Positions 38,662 to 52,377 of a stretch of DNA of 64,000 bases are shown here, piece after piece. The first letter of the stretch is position 1. Every line of letters begins with the position of its first letter. The DNA comes from Amoeboaphelidium protococcarum X5 (Eukaryota; Fungi; Aphelidiomycota): NCBI GenBank assembly GCA_023515725.1, contig JALDTO010000162.1, positions 224,476-288,475 on the forward strand, read 5' to 3'. A model generated the notes under the pieces. That model did no database searches. It worked only from the letters and a program-made list of their open reading frames with translations, and was not told the DNA's origin. Both the position numbers and the translations under genes were made by a program.

Positions 38662-41600
38662 ATGTCTCAGAAATTGCAAAAGTAGCAGGTTTAATAACAG
38701 TAAAGTCCGGACTTGGAATAGTGCCAAGTTATTGCATCTCTGGTTCAGCAAATTCTTGGTGGTCAAGATATATTGGTGGCAGACTTGTTGAAAGCTTTAT
38801 AAGAATTTGCATCCTAACATTCATCTACAGAATAAAAGAATGTAGAAGTTTATGTTTTGATATGCTCCGTAATGGAATTGGCATTTAGTCCAGATTTATC
38901 TGACTTTGTGCAAGACTACCGGGATTTGATGTTGGACGAAGTTGGGAAACTGCTTAGTCTAAAGGAGATGTGTGATACTCTCAAGAGCGGATCCAAGGGT
39001 GCCCACTTCAACCAAGATTTACGTCAGATCCAATTAAGGATTACGATGGCTAGAATTGTTGCCTTGATGTATATGAATTTGCCGAATGATTTTGATTTAA
39101 TTCTTAATACCGTGATAGATTTGAATTATAGTGACTATGTGTTCCCCCTGATGTTTAGTTGTATTCCTGCTCAAGTTGACCTGATATTATCGCTGGTATA
39201 GTAGAAGCAATAGGCGAATAATTAATATGCTAATGGTGTTGGTAGAGATTATGACGATGGCCAAGTTTAAGAGTTGGTGAGCAAGATTTATCAGTTTGTA
39301 GACGGTGATCTTTCTGGTCCAAGTAAAAGCGCCATCCTCCTTTATATCTCCTCAGCTGTAAAGACAATGGCGGATAAGGTTGCTTAGAGTTCTGGGCCTC
39401 GTTTGAATGTCGAGCAATTACTTATCAGTGCCGTCTAATCTGGTGCGTTATAGTTTATTTGTGATCAAGTTATTCCATTTAAATCGGACGCTGTGTTTGA
39501 TTTCGAGGACAAGTCGCATGGTTAATAGAGGAGGTAGATGTATGAATTGCTGTATGCCTAAAATCATTGGTCAAATCATCTTATTTATGCCCAGCTCACT
39601 TTAGCAATGAATGGCTTGATTAACAAGTTTCCTGAAGTGGTGAGGCTCATTAAATCTTTAGATGAAGGCTTTAACTAACAGTAGAATAGTCCGCAGAAAT
39701 TAGGTAAAGGTAGATCCCGTTTGTTTGGTAGCCTTGTCTAGACTAATCATATTTCTAGCACTAGCACAGTCAAGGACTCGTAGTAAATAAGTGATAAATC
39801 CGCTCCGCTTCAGAAGCAATATTTGGTTTAGCTGCTCGAATTATTGTGTGATTTATTTGCCGCATATCCTCAGAATGCCACTCAGCTGCTTGGTCATAGA
39901 AAGAGAGCCATTCTTCGCTAATTGTATGACGATAAAAGTTTTCATATCCAGTCGAGATGTTTGTACTATAAAATGCTTGGACTGGCGGCATTAGATTCTG
40001 ATTGTGCCTCGCAAGTTTATGATTTTTTATGCAGTTACTCCGTTTCTTCAACTCTTAGTTGGAGTTATCTCAATTCAGCTTTGGATCATTACATTAATGA
40101 GATGCACAATCTCAAGACTGATTATAATTAAGAACTTATTCTGAGTGATGATATCGAACTATTGAAAGCCATGTTGTTCTGCTTCGAGTCTGTGGTATCT
40201 TCAAGTGTTAGTGCAAAGTATGCACTGTATGATAATGGCTAGACTTTGAAGCGTCTGTTTGATCTACTAGTGTGCCATTTACCAACTGAATTAAAGGCTG
40301 CGCATTTGGATGCAATTGCTGCTTTCACTACTGTTTTACATTCCGCAGATGCTGGTGAGCATTCTGTGGTATAGCATGGCGGATAAAACGATATGTAATT
40401 GGTGTAGAATTTCAATTTGAATATTTGGCAGTTGTTAGAGTAGTCGAACTTTTTGCCGGCTGATTACAATGGCGGCTATGTGCACGACTTTGAGCAGGTT
40501 GAAGTTCGTGAAGGTTGGTATTATGAAAGCGTTGCATTTTGCCGTCTTTTGTCTCATCTTCTCTAGCCTATGAGTCGATTCTCAAGTGCGAAGTATTATG
40601 ATTTTGCTTATGAAGGATAGAGATGTATTGATATAATGTTGCATGATTAGTTGGTGTATAGCCCTTAGCATGTAGGCAGATCTATACTGGACAAGTATCT
40701 GTAATTCGTCATGGAGCGCATAGTTTGCAGACTAGATTTGATTCCTTTCAATGATACTGAACAGAGATGGAAACTATATGACTTTTGCTTTAGATCTGTG
40801 GAATCCGTCTTGTACAGCATCGATATCAATCTGATACAAAATAAGAGTTTCTTGTAAACACTGAGAAATAGTCAGGATTAGTTTAGATCTTTCGCGTCTC
40901 ATCCGTCTATAAAGTGTTTGCTAATGCTGTGCTCTAATGAAAAAGTGATAAATTCATTATTCCACGTATGTATGGAGGGTTGCGAGCGCTTAGATTCTAG
41001 TGAACATGGCGCTAATTATAGTAGCTCCGTCACTAGGTGTCTTAGAATTGTGTTACAGTTGCTTTGTATGTAGAACGCACTGACTGATCTATTGCCGGAA
41101 CTATTGCGTATAAATGGTTACTAACCGCTGGAGTTTCGCAGTGTTATGGATACGTTATCTAGAAATGGCCCGGTGGTATGTCAATTGGCCAATTATGTCG
41201 CGTCTTAGTCCTACCCTGAGGTGGCGTATGTTTCGATGCGCATACTAAAGCTACTGTCTCGATCGAACTTATTTGCTCAGTAAGCTTCTCATTAGATATC
41301 TGGTTCTGGTGGTCTACTGTTCTGCGTGCTTAAAGACTCGCCGCTGCTTGAACGTATTATCGCAGGTTATCAGCTGAGATTTATCAGCGAGAATATTAAC
41401 GGTACTTCTGTGTCCTTAGTCAAAGACGATTTTAATGGGAACATATAGTGGCATAACATAAACAAAGTATTTAGTTTGAAGTTTGTCGCCGACTTGTTTG
41501 AAAGAAAATAAAGTTCTCTTGGCTTGTTACTTCTTGGTTTGCATCAGAGACTGGATTTATGGTAGAGTGATGATGATTCCAATGTTATTGAATTCGCCAA

Positions 41601-43251
41601 TGCTCCTGGTTGTAAAGCTCTATTGGAACTATTTGAGGAAAATTATCAAGTTCTTGGTCATCTTAAAGGTTAAAGCTTGGATGATTTACCTGTTTGCAGT
41701 TTACCACCTCAGTTGCGCCATGCTGAAAGCTTTACCTATTTGTTGAGTATCATAAAGTCTCTAATGTCGCTTCCTAATCTTGGCCGTGCCTTTGTGCGTT
41801 ACCTCAAATATTCAGTTGGCTTCTTTATCCAATGCTTTGATGTAATCAGCAGTCCAATTGTTGGCCATGTTAAAGAATTGTAATCTCCAGCTAAGATGCT
41901 TATACTAGAATAAATGCGCTAGAAATTGCTTCTGCTCTCCATCTTGGCTTTGCATTTGAACTATGCCAAACTGGATAATGATAATTCATATTGCTCTCAC
42001 TTTGCATCCAACCTTCTGGCCAACTGTTGTTCAATGTTTAGTGAATTGCTCAAGCAGTCGTGTAGTCCGGACATTTTAGTGCCTTTGACTTAACCGCAAG
42101 TCTCTGAATTATAGGTGGATTAATCTATCATTTAAGATTATTCGTCCATTGATGCTAATGGTTGCCTTATTTATGACATTATGCAGTTGAAGACTGTGTT
42201 CAATCTTCAAATGAATGCTTCCAAGTAGGATGGGCAATTGATGTAGACACAACAAGAATAACTTTTGCATCATATGGAAGAGTTGAATTAGGTATCTTTG
42301 ATTATTTATGTAAGATCATAGATTATTCTATTAACCAGTAACATCCTGTAATTACTGTCTCCTTAAATGCTTTAATTGACCGCGCCACAGGATGTCGTAC
42401 AAAGTTTTGTGGATTTGATGCACATACACTCATTGCATTAGGATGATTACACTCGCCTTGCTGAAAGTTACTTGGTGCTATCTCAGATCCCGTCAGCTGG
42501 TTAAAGTAATCTGACGGCCCTCGTTAAAGACATTCGTCTGCTCATTAGTTTCAAAGATCGCGGTATTGCTTACAGAGGTAATTTGTACTTGAGTCTTCTA
42601 AGTCTTATTTCTGGTGAGCACACATAGCCAGATATGGCTCAGCATTTGAAGAGCTTATTGAGAACTGTTGCATAACCATAATCATTGGATATGTTGTTTA
42701 GAGACTGCTCATCATCTGAAGATTAATCATGGTCTGCCATAGCATTGTCTTTGATTGCCCACATTCTCTGTGCGTGTTCTCGTATAAGTTCCGTTCTGAT
42801 TGCTCGCACCGTGTTGGACCAGATGAATAAGCAGAATATCATCAATCAGTAGCTGTCTCATCTGTTGAACGAGGATGATGGTAAAATATGTTAGAGTCTA
42901 CGTAGTGGAGATGTATAATGCTCGATGGTTGTCTATATCAGCAGAATGTCTTTGCTCCAAGCTGTGGCTCTCTTTGAAGAAGGATGTATTATGCTGGATG
43001 ACTCTGGCATCTTTTCCGTGTTGCAAAAGCTGCAATTTCCTCAATTGTTACTGCAATCGTCCAACTTTCCTAATGTTGGTGTAAATAAAAGAGATAAAGG
43101 TGATCAATCCGTTCGAGTTGCCGCGTCCTATCTAGTTGATTTAGCCAGTATGGTTGGGAGTAAACTTTGCAAAAGCGTCGCTGTCCAGAAAAAGTACTCG
43201 GCATTCATGACCAAGTACGCTGGATTCATATCTGATGACCCTGAATAATGA
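38662..43251 (+). CDS. NUP192: Nucleoporin Nup192/Nup205-like (1529 aa)
   Basis: LSWSYLNSALDHY, LFDLLVCHLPTELKAAHLDAIAAF, IWQLLE, DFEQVEVREGWYYESVAFCRLL resemble conserved Nup205 blocks; frame consistent from ATG to TGA. Confidence 0.8.
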
Positions 43252-43777
43252 GATGAAGTTAGGTTCTTATGGCTTGTTCTTTTATTCATTCATTTATATA
43301 TAGTTTTTGTGTACAAGTGGAAACGCGCGATATAACAATAATGGGCAGTTAACTGGAGGCAAGATCAAGCAAGGCCCCTTAATAGTGATAGTGATAAATT
43401 GATGAACGGGAAATCTTCGGTAATGCTCGCTTATTCGGAAAGGGACGAGCGCGCGCGTTCTGAAACAATTATTGTTCCGCGGGGAGTTGTTTCAGCGACC
43501 AGAAAGAACTCTTCTTCTCTTCAACAAAAGCTGTGGCAATTCTATCTCTGTACCAACTACTGCATAGTATAGTAGTAGCACTGAGTGCCTGGAGTATTGG
43601 CTTATTGTCCCCTCATATAAACACATTCTACTGTACATTTGCATATAATATCAAATTGCTCATTGTTGTTTTGAATCTCATCATCAACGATACAACAAAG
43701 TGTATACATACATACATACATACAGTAGTTAACTGCAGACATATTCTCTCACCCATAGATAAATACAAATACATAAA

Positions 43778-45125
43778 ATGGAAGGATTCACTGATAATGA
43801 AATTGAATAATTGGAAGCAGAGTTGAATAACACTTAGTCTGGTACTTAATAAGGACATGGCTCAGATGTAGATGATATTTTAAGTGAAGGTGACGATGAC
43901 TCTGTGCACTACGATATTCATGGGAATATTATTATCAAAGGTGGAGGGGACCGCTCTCAGGCTGGACACTCTTCATATGGAATTCAAGGTAAGCTGTCTA
44001 TTCACATACATTTATGATTCCATTGTATTATATAAATTAATGTGTGTAGATGCTTAACAGACAAAAGAGCACAGTGGTCAACCTCATCCTGTAGTTGATC
44101 GTTTCTCTCAGATACACACTGATGATGGGAGTATAAGTCATAATGCAGATTATCAGTCCTCTGCTTCCTTTGGTGTAGCATCTGCAGACTAATTGTAATA
44201 TAGCGGTTAATTTGATCCTGTGTAGTATGGGTAAATGATGTAGATGCAGTAATATTACGCTGAATAACAGGCAATGATGGTGGCTCAATCAATGATGTTG
44301 TAGCAGTAGTAATAGTAGAATAGAAACCTCTGTCGCAAGTGGCCTCAATGTCCGTATGGAGAGTCATGCAGATACTTTCATCCTGTTCCTCTATCTCCTA
44401 ATGCATCTCAGCACTTTAATATGATGTCTCCACTTACCTTGTCATAACTATAGCTGGTTCCACCTTAGGCTTTGTTATAATAATAACAGCAGTCCTTGTA
44501 ATCGCCCGTATCTTAGACTATCCCAGGCGATTAACCTCTATTTGGAGGTAATGCTGCAGGTCCAGAGTTGCAATAATAGCAGGCACCATCTCCTCAGCAG
44601 ATTTATGGAATGTCTCCTGGACTCTAATAGTTTCCACCTGTATCATTTGGAATGTATCCTCCTTTCAATGTACCACCTACTGCGTATCCTCCTATGCGTC
44701 CATTTGCCAAGTAGAGGCAGTATTAGAATAATTCATACAGAACTCAACTCTGCCGAAACTATCCTGATTGTCCATATGGTGATAATTGTCGTTACATCCA
44801 TCCCACCGTTCCTCTCACCATTCCATCTGCTGAAGAGTAGTAGTTGCTACAATAACAATAATAATAATAATAGTAATAAGATTAATAAGGTCCATCTGGT
44901 CCCCTCAAGGATCTCCCTCTGGAGCAATAATCGGAAGAAGTCAAGAGTAAAGTCGATGGCGGTAATGTGATAAAGTAGGAATAAGATGAGCCGGTTCAAT
45001 CAAAGTCCAAACAGTAATAGTAGCAAGGTGGAAGTGCAGCCTCTTAGAACTCGCCTTAGAATCAAGGCTCAAGTGATAAAGATAAGTAATCCAAGACGTC
45101 GTCGAAGAAGAAATCTAATAGGTGA
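43778..45125 (+). CDS. Two-CCCH zinc-finger, Gln/Pro-rich RNA-binding protein (428 aa; intron 43989-44049)
   Basis: CRKWPQCPYGESCRYFHP and CRNYPDCPYGDNCRYIHP (CX5CX5CX3H, Nab2-like spacing). Confidence 0.85.
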
Positions 45126-45301
45126 CAAGATCCGTGACCATCTGAAATGATTCATTAAGCTAATATACTCGTATATTTTATATTGCTACACATTTTAATT
45201 TTGTCATTGCGACTTCATGTTCATGGTGTTCAGACAAAGCACCTAGTCTCAATGTGCCAAGAGTAAACTCTTTTGAAGCGTATAACTCACTTATAACATA
45301 C

Positions 45302-47443
45302 TCATTCCAAATGCTTGAGATCTATGGCAATCAGAGTTTACAATCTTTGATCAGATAAAACCTTGTCCACCAACTGCAAAATGCGAATCTAAACGCCATC
45401 TGACCCTACGGATGTCTATTCCTTCTCTTTGATATAAACGCGACTCGGTTTAGAGTTTATATATACAGCATGTGCAAGGCTATTCAAAGCTTTGAACGCA
45501 CTCTGGCTCATATCTGCTAATTACTCAAGCTCTTGCTTAACCAGATTATCTTTTATCGTCGGGAAAAGAGACTGAGATAACTTTTCAATCCATTCAGACA
45601 CTGCATCGGTCCTTCTACTCACCAAAGCCATAAAAATGTCAACACGATCATCTGCCATGTCGCAAACTTTTTCAATCATCTAATGTCCCGAAACATATAT
45701 CTCTCTAGACTGATCATTTAAAGCCTGCGAGATTACAGCGAATATTTCTGATATCTGATTAGCACGATACTTTGCCACTGAACATGTATCATATAGCGGT
45801 TGATCTTACCAATTGGAGAAAACTATAGACTGCAGACAATCATACGCTTTCTACCTGCATTCAAGTCCATCATCTATTATGTGCTTAAAAGGTCCCATCT
45901 CAACAACACGTACCAGTGATTCGTCCACCATAGTCTATGACTTAAGCTGATGAAGTAACTTGGCATAAATTTCTCCACTTAAGCGCTGTGCCTGAGCATA
46001 TCTCAAAACTGAATCCAACGTGGACACAAGTTTCTTCTTCTCTTCAAGATCACCCTGATTCACATCATGAGAGAGTAAAGTATCCACTTTTAGCTGAAAG
46101 TCTTGATCTATGTTACTTTTAATATTCCGCTGGGATTAATAATGCTGTAACTGCGCATAAAGTTAACTAGCAGTACTAGCGACCATCGTATTTCTATCAC
46201 TGACGCGAGACTATAGATTTTGCAACGATTTATCAGTCACCAGAGAATCTATTACCAGTGACGATTTGCATAGAGCATCAATTAATTAGAGAGCAGTAAT
46301 TCTGACTAAATGGGACTGGTCATCATAGTCAGTATCATAATCTTCAAAGTCTTCATCATCAGTTAGATCCTCATCGTAATCACCTGCCTCCATCATATCA
46401 TCATCATTATCAATCACTCTATTAGGATCAAAAGTGACGAAATAATCAGCTATACCATACAGCTGTTAGTATTGATGAGACTCGGATACCAATTTCTATT
46501 AAACCATTACAACTAAAACTTTAATAATCATTGAGCACAGTTCGACGTATCCTTCAACTTCAGCATCTTCAGCCACTGCTTTGTATTAATCAAGAGAAGT
46601 TGTGCAATACATAAATACTCTAGATACCATCTCACCTTCAAATTCAATATCACAACTCATCAACGAACATAAAGACTTTACCAAGGCAACTTTTACACCA
46701 ACACTACTTTAATGCATCTTGTTATCATCAGATTCACCAAGTGCAGACAGAATATAGTTGACAATATCACGACAATCATGAACGCTGAGGTAGACTGCAG
46801 AAGAAGACAGAATCTATAAAAGCTTCTTACAGACTAGAGAGTTTTAACTGGTAGATAACAACTTCATAGATATGACCTTTATCTGGGGCATAAGATCATA
46901 GATCAACTAGCCGTAATTACTAATTAACTCCAAAAGTAATGAAAGTCCTTCTGCCTTAAAAATACTATTCTAGTCAGTAATTTTAGTCGCATCACCACCT
47001 TCTAAAACTTGGAGTAATTACTCAACCACAGGTCTCACTACGGCTCTAGCGTCAGGAGATCTCTTACTAATCTTGCCAGCAAATACCAACTTTAACGTCA
47101 GAATTGCAACATCTTGCTAGTTCTACTACTACAAAGATTAATCTGCTGATACGTTTTCAGAGGATAAAAATGAGCATAAAGTCTCTGTAATCTACGAAAA
47201 CTTTGAGGGATTTATCTGCAAGATTTAGGATATACATTTGATGGCAGCAGATTAGACTTCAGCATTCTGATCACTCAGTAACTTCAAGACACAGCGGACA
47301 ACTTCTTATGTACATATACTCATAGCCTCTTAATAATCACCACCAGACGTGGGCACCAAATTTGTTAAATCATTCAACGCCATAAACTTGAAATCTGCAT
47401 CATGAGATTCCAACTTTTACATCAACTAATGTCCCGACAACAT
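45302..47443 (-). CDS. CAND1: CAND1/TIP120-like cullin-binding HEAT-repeat protein, shortened (713 aa)
   Basis: N-terminal DADFKFMALNDL and DQNAEVQSAAIKC, acidic loop after FDPN, C-terminal VRVVEMGPFKHIIDDGLECR. Confidence 0.88.
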
Positions 47444-47963
47444 TTTCTATTAAGACTAATATATTGCTACTCTTCAATAAGAGTTTTAATATATACTCAA
47501 ATGTGGTATAATAAAATGTCAGATATTACACACAAACTCGTAGGTGACCAGATAGATAGAAAAAGAAGGAAAGAGATAAAAACTCGAACGAAACGAAACG
47601 CGTTTAGTATCACGCATGTTTCTTTCTCCACCTTTATCCTGCCGGTAAAAGACAGCGCCGAGAGAAAGCGTTTAAAGATAGGAATGCTGTTCTGTAAGAG
47701 AGAAAGAGAGAGAGAAGATTAAAAGCACAAGGACAAGAAACGCGATATGAAACGTCACCACCAAGGATATTGAGTTTCATTGATGTAATAGTGTCGCGTC
47801 TATAAAGTGCAGATGAATAATGTGTTGTTTCGGCTTTATATACTGCAGAAATAAGACAAGGGAACTGGTGTTTAAACAAAATTTAAAGTACTTGTACTTT
47901 ATAGCTTACAGCCTACCCGATTCTATACGGATCGTATTTTTAAACTCTTCTTGTCAATTCAAC

Positions 47964-49868
47964 TCAATTGGAACCACTACTATTCCAAAACTTTAAGCGC
48001 TACAAAGCCAGTGCGATTGATCGACGCCAAGAGCTCTTCTTATCCAATGTCATATACCTAGGATGGTGAGCTTTGTAGGAGGAGAGTATGGCCTCTTATT
48101 TAGCAGAAATATCGCTGTGCTTACGTAGCAATGCAAAAAGACGGTACCACCGATTTTGGAGGCAAGTTTCCAACAGAGGCATTGGGTCGACTAATTGATA
48201 ATCTTGTTTGAATAACTTCTACAGTTTGACGAAATCAACCGCGCCACCCTCCTTTCTACTGCGCGCAATCTCCAGCAGGACAATGTCATCAATAGGTAAT
48301 AGCTTGCTCTGCAATTGGTCAACTTGGGCCTACAATTCGTTCAACTTTAGAGAATCTCTACCAAGATCAGCGAGCCTATTCTGATAGTCTCTGTGTCTGG
48401 CTTGATCATTGCGGCATTATTAAATGAACTAATGCTGCCTCAAAAACTCATCTTTCAATAGATCCACTTAAGGATAGCCACTGAACTTCTCCAGTACCAT
48501 CTCTGCAAAAAGATCAGTCCTTGCGTGTGTTGATGACATGCTTAAGACAAACCTCAGCATCTCCTTCACCATACGTGGGAGTAATACTTGCTTTTGCAGC
48601 GCAAAGTTACTATTTTGCGCCTCTATCAGTAAGCTTCTCATCCCCTGGATCAAGTCCGTATTAATGCCAAAAGATGCTGCAAATATAACTTTATAGATTG
48701 GGTGATAAACCTTATTTCTATCCATAAACTACGCGACAGACAGCGGACCACTATGAGATTGTTACTTGATACTGCTAGATGATAAATGTTACATCAGACA
48801 CTTATTCACATCTTCCAGTTGAAAGTACATAGATACACGCCCAATAGCCTTGAATACATTTTCCCCACCATATTTAAAGTAGTGAGCCTTAGCGAGCACG
48901 GCCAGATATCCCCAAGGTTGAAATCTATGATCATTAGCCATCACACCGTCCTCAGTCAAACTTGACACAGAGTTGTCATGTCCTGAAGACCCAGAGTACA
49001 GCTATTACTAAAACAATTCATTTAGCTGCGTCCCACCGGCCATGTCAAGAGCTTGACGCGTCACTTCATCTATGAACTTCACTTGATTACTTTGACGCTG
49101 TGCCATTAACTTGAAGCCATCTGCAAACAACTGTACCAGCTTCTTTAAACTATTCTCATCCACTGGCGCAGAACCTTGTTACATTCTGGCCCCAAAGAGT
49201 CCGAACCCAAAAGCAATGACATGGGCAGACACGGAATCATACTTACCGCGGCACTGTAGCAGACTCCACACAAGCAACTGGCGCAGATTCTCATCTTCAA
49301 ACTCTAACAGACGCGACACCAACTCGGCCTGCTGCATATAAACCAGTGTCAGCATTTTGGATGATACCACTCCCTCAGGTTCAGGTTGGTCAACGTCAGT
49401 CAGCTCTTTCGCGGTGAAGAAGGGAAACTAACGCTGCAGTGTCATATACCTGCAGACAGCAGAATCAGCGTTGCATATGCGAATTATATCGGTGATCGAA
49501 TCCTTGGCAGCCCAGATATTTAAATACCCCTGCTCATAATTCTAAGGCTAAAAAGGCTTCTACGGTGAACGGTCAGAAGTATCCTTACGTTAAGGGCGTG
49601 ACATGTTGATATCATAAATCTCTTTCAATTAATTTAACGCTTCAGGTGGTAGCAACTCCACATAAGAATCTCTTAACTGCGACGCAGGATTCCACTCGCT
49701 GCCTTGTGATAGATCCTCCAGAGCCTTCAAATCATTTAGTTAAGCAGCGCGCGATATAGCAAATTAATACGGATATCCATAGTAAAGGTTGGATAAGAAG
49801 TCACCCGCAACACTACGGTATTGGGACACAGCGATGCCAATCAAAAATAAAGTCTTTGAGAGCTACAT
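47964..49868 (-). CDS. Putative secreted protein, family 1, copy A (634 aa)
   Basis: Signal-like MQLSKTLFLIGIAVSQ; shares YPYQFA, ICN...CRY, ELVSRLL, LLQCRGKYDSVSAHVIAFG, QALDMAGG, FQPWGY, TCL.NRWYRL and SWRRSIA with copies C and/or F. Confidence 0.88.
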
Positions 49869-49963
49869 ACCTTTGCTCAATTATAAATACCTTTAAATCC
49901 GGTAAGTGAGAGGAACTGGACAGATGACAAAGTGTACACTCGGTAGATCTGACTTTCCTAAAT

Positions 49964-50000
49964 TGTGGCGTAAAGTGGCTAAAACAGATCCTGCGCCACA
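49964..50000. promoter_or_regulatory. Inverted motif TGTGGCG-N23-CGCCACA in the divergent spacer of pair A/B
   Basis: Half-sites 49964-70 and 49994-50000; recurs in the other two spacers. Confidence 0.7.
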
Positions 50001-50105
50001 TTGATGTGATCATAACCCATCGGCTGTTTAACTTTGACGATCTTGGAATCTATTTATAGTGCATATAAATCAATAGTTGTACTTTGGTGTAAAGCTTATA
50101 ACGGT

Positions 50106-52091
50106 ATGATCATGTTAAAGAGATCTGTTATCCAACTCTTGGCATTGGGGATCATGGTCTCTGCCATGTTGCCTTAAAACGCGTAGTAAACTGGCTACCA
50201 TGATGTTGGCGTTGGTACGGAAGATCTCGCAGATGGTTTATCACCTAGTGTCCTTCAAGTTCTACGCCCTTCATTGTAGGAGAGGTGTCGTTCTTACAAT
50301 GGGTTAGATAGACTTGCTCGCTACTATGCATCCAGGGGGGATCTCGAATGGTTTGCCTCGTCTTTGGCTCCGTCTTCCAAGTTTGCTTGGTACTATGCTG
50401 ATGCGTTTGGTATGCTGGATCAGAAGTTGAAGTAGAAGTTGCGCGATGAAGGTTAGTTATCACTCCGCCTTGAAGACAGTGGTGTCATGGATGTCGCTGA
50501 ATCTGTTGCATATGCGAAACATGTGCTTGGTGACCCATCAAAGTCTTTGGATGGAGCTGATATCTTCAGAATTATCTTCGCTCAAGATATAGAGTAAATT
50601 GTAGCTCTATTAGTTTATATTGTCGCTGAGCAGCCTGAGCTCTTTCCTTTATTTTATGAATCTATGAGTCTGCATAATTAGAATCGAGCTCTTCATCAAG
50701 AGCGTAAACTTATTAACGAAGTGAAATTGGATGATCGATTGTTATCTGGACTGGTGGCTGCTACGGTACTCTTGACTAATGAATGTCATGTTGCAATAGA
50801 AAGATGGCTATTTGTAGTGCTGCAGCTGGGGAATAAAGCGATGGAGTTTGCGCGTGTGTGTCAGCGGCAGATGTACAAAGAATCCAGTGATCTGAAGGCC
50901 ATCTGCATGACAGCCTTCCGGTCATTATAAATGCAATCTATATAGTAATTTCGTACTATGTAATCGCAGCTAAGTGCTATGAAACCCCGAGTGTATGCAA
51001 TTGCTTCACAGTTTAGGTATTTTACCGAGTAGAGGGACATAGAGGCTTCGGTAAGATCGGTTATGACAATAGCATCACAGTTTGATGCCAAGCATGAAAT
51101 ATAAATCAAGAAATATCTGATCCAGTGGATGCATGAAGGCTTCAGAAACTCTTACTACGACCACAATGATTCTGATACTTATTTGGAAGCTGATATGAAG
51201 TCTTTGGAGATGGTTTACACCATTTTTGTCGAACGTCTGAATGCACTGCACGTAGGATAAGCCCCTTGGTCTCTGCAAAGACATTTGTCTAAAGAGACGT
51301 TCTTAGAGCACATGCCGTACTACTCGGTGTTGATACTGGCATTGTAACACTAGTATGCTTAAGATCCCGCCCCACCGCTGTCACTTACTTACTAGCGTGG
51401 TCTGAACCATAGTTTTTGGCGAAAGTTGATGGCATTCTTCTCTGCTTATTGGAATGCGGTGACGACTAATAATGTGAAGGCTTTCTCTGAATTGTCTTTA
51501 ATCACAAAGTTAGTTCCCATAAGTGACGACAGCAGTTCTCTAGGTCCTCTAGAATTGACGAGTCTGGATACTGTTCATGGTGAATACGTCAGTCCTCATA
51601 AATATCCCAATCTTGCGCGAAAGCCTAGCATTATGCGACTTTTAAAGGATTTTGCTGATTCTAAAGGACAACGTGTTACTGTGGAGACTCTGATGGGCAT
51701 TATGTTGTTTTGCATATAGAATGACATGAAGGATCAGATAACGGTTATTAAGCCGTTGGTGGAGTCCAGAATTGGTTAGTCTTTGGATTCTGTGTTTATG
51801 TCACCGCCTGCAGAGAATATTGAGCCGCCATACGTAAAAACTGCCCGCCCTTGGTGGAAGTCGATTGGATCATTGAAGTCTGGTTCGCCGGTCGCCAGTA
51901 GTGAACGCGTCGATCCCGGTCCATTTAATCATATGAAGGCTTATGATTCTCTGAGCAAATTCTATGAGAGTTATAAGACAGCGAACGAATAGAAGCAAGA
52001 TACTGAAGTGGAATCTGCGGTATGATTATGGCGATTGCGCCACGCTGATAAATATGACTAGATCGAAGTAATCAAAGGACGGCTCTCTTGA
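50106..52091 (+). CDS. Putative secreted protein, family 2, copy B (661 aa)
   Basis: Signal-like MIMLKRSVIQLLALGIMVSA; shares ERC, SKFAWYY...G, EQPELFP, LDDRLLSGLV...LTNEC, FFSAYWNA and LMGIMLFCI with copies D and E. Confidence 0.88.
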
Positions 52092-52377
52092 CGCCTAATA
52101 CAATAAGTAATCGTTAATCTGATGTCATTCCTCTCTCTTGTATTAGTTTAAGGGACAAAGCAGCTTAATCAAATGGCAGTGCTCTATTGTTTTACGCAAC
52201 TGTACATCGCAGACAAGTTCAGATGTAGAACTAACTCTTTCAAGATTTCAAAAAAGAAGTCTGCCACAAATCGACATACCAAACTTAAATACGAACTAAA
52301 AGTAGAAAATAATTCTCAGTGTATTGTATCGTTTAAGTAAATATATCCCACCCTCAGCACTAATCTCCGGCGCCAGA

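Noticed and set aside
49964-50000. TGTGGCG palindrome as the target of the T-box factor in this window
   Set aside because: Does not match the T-box half-site AGGTGTGA, and nothing links the two except being in the same window.
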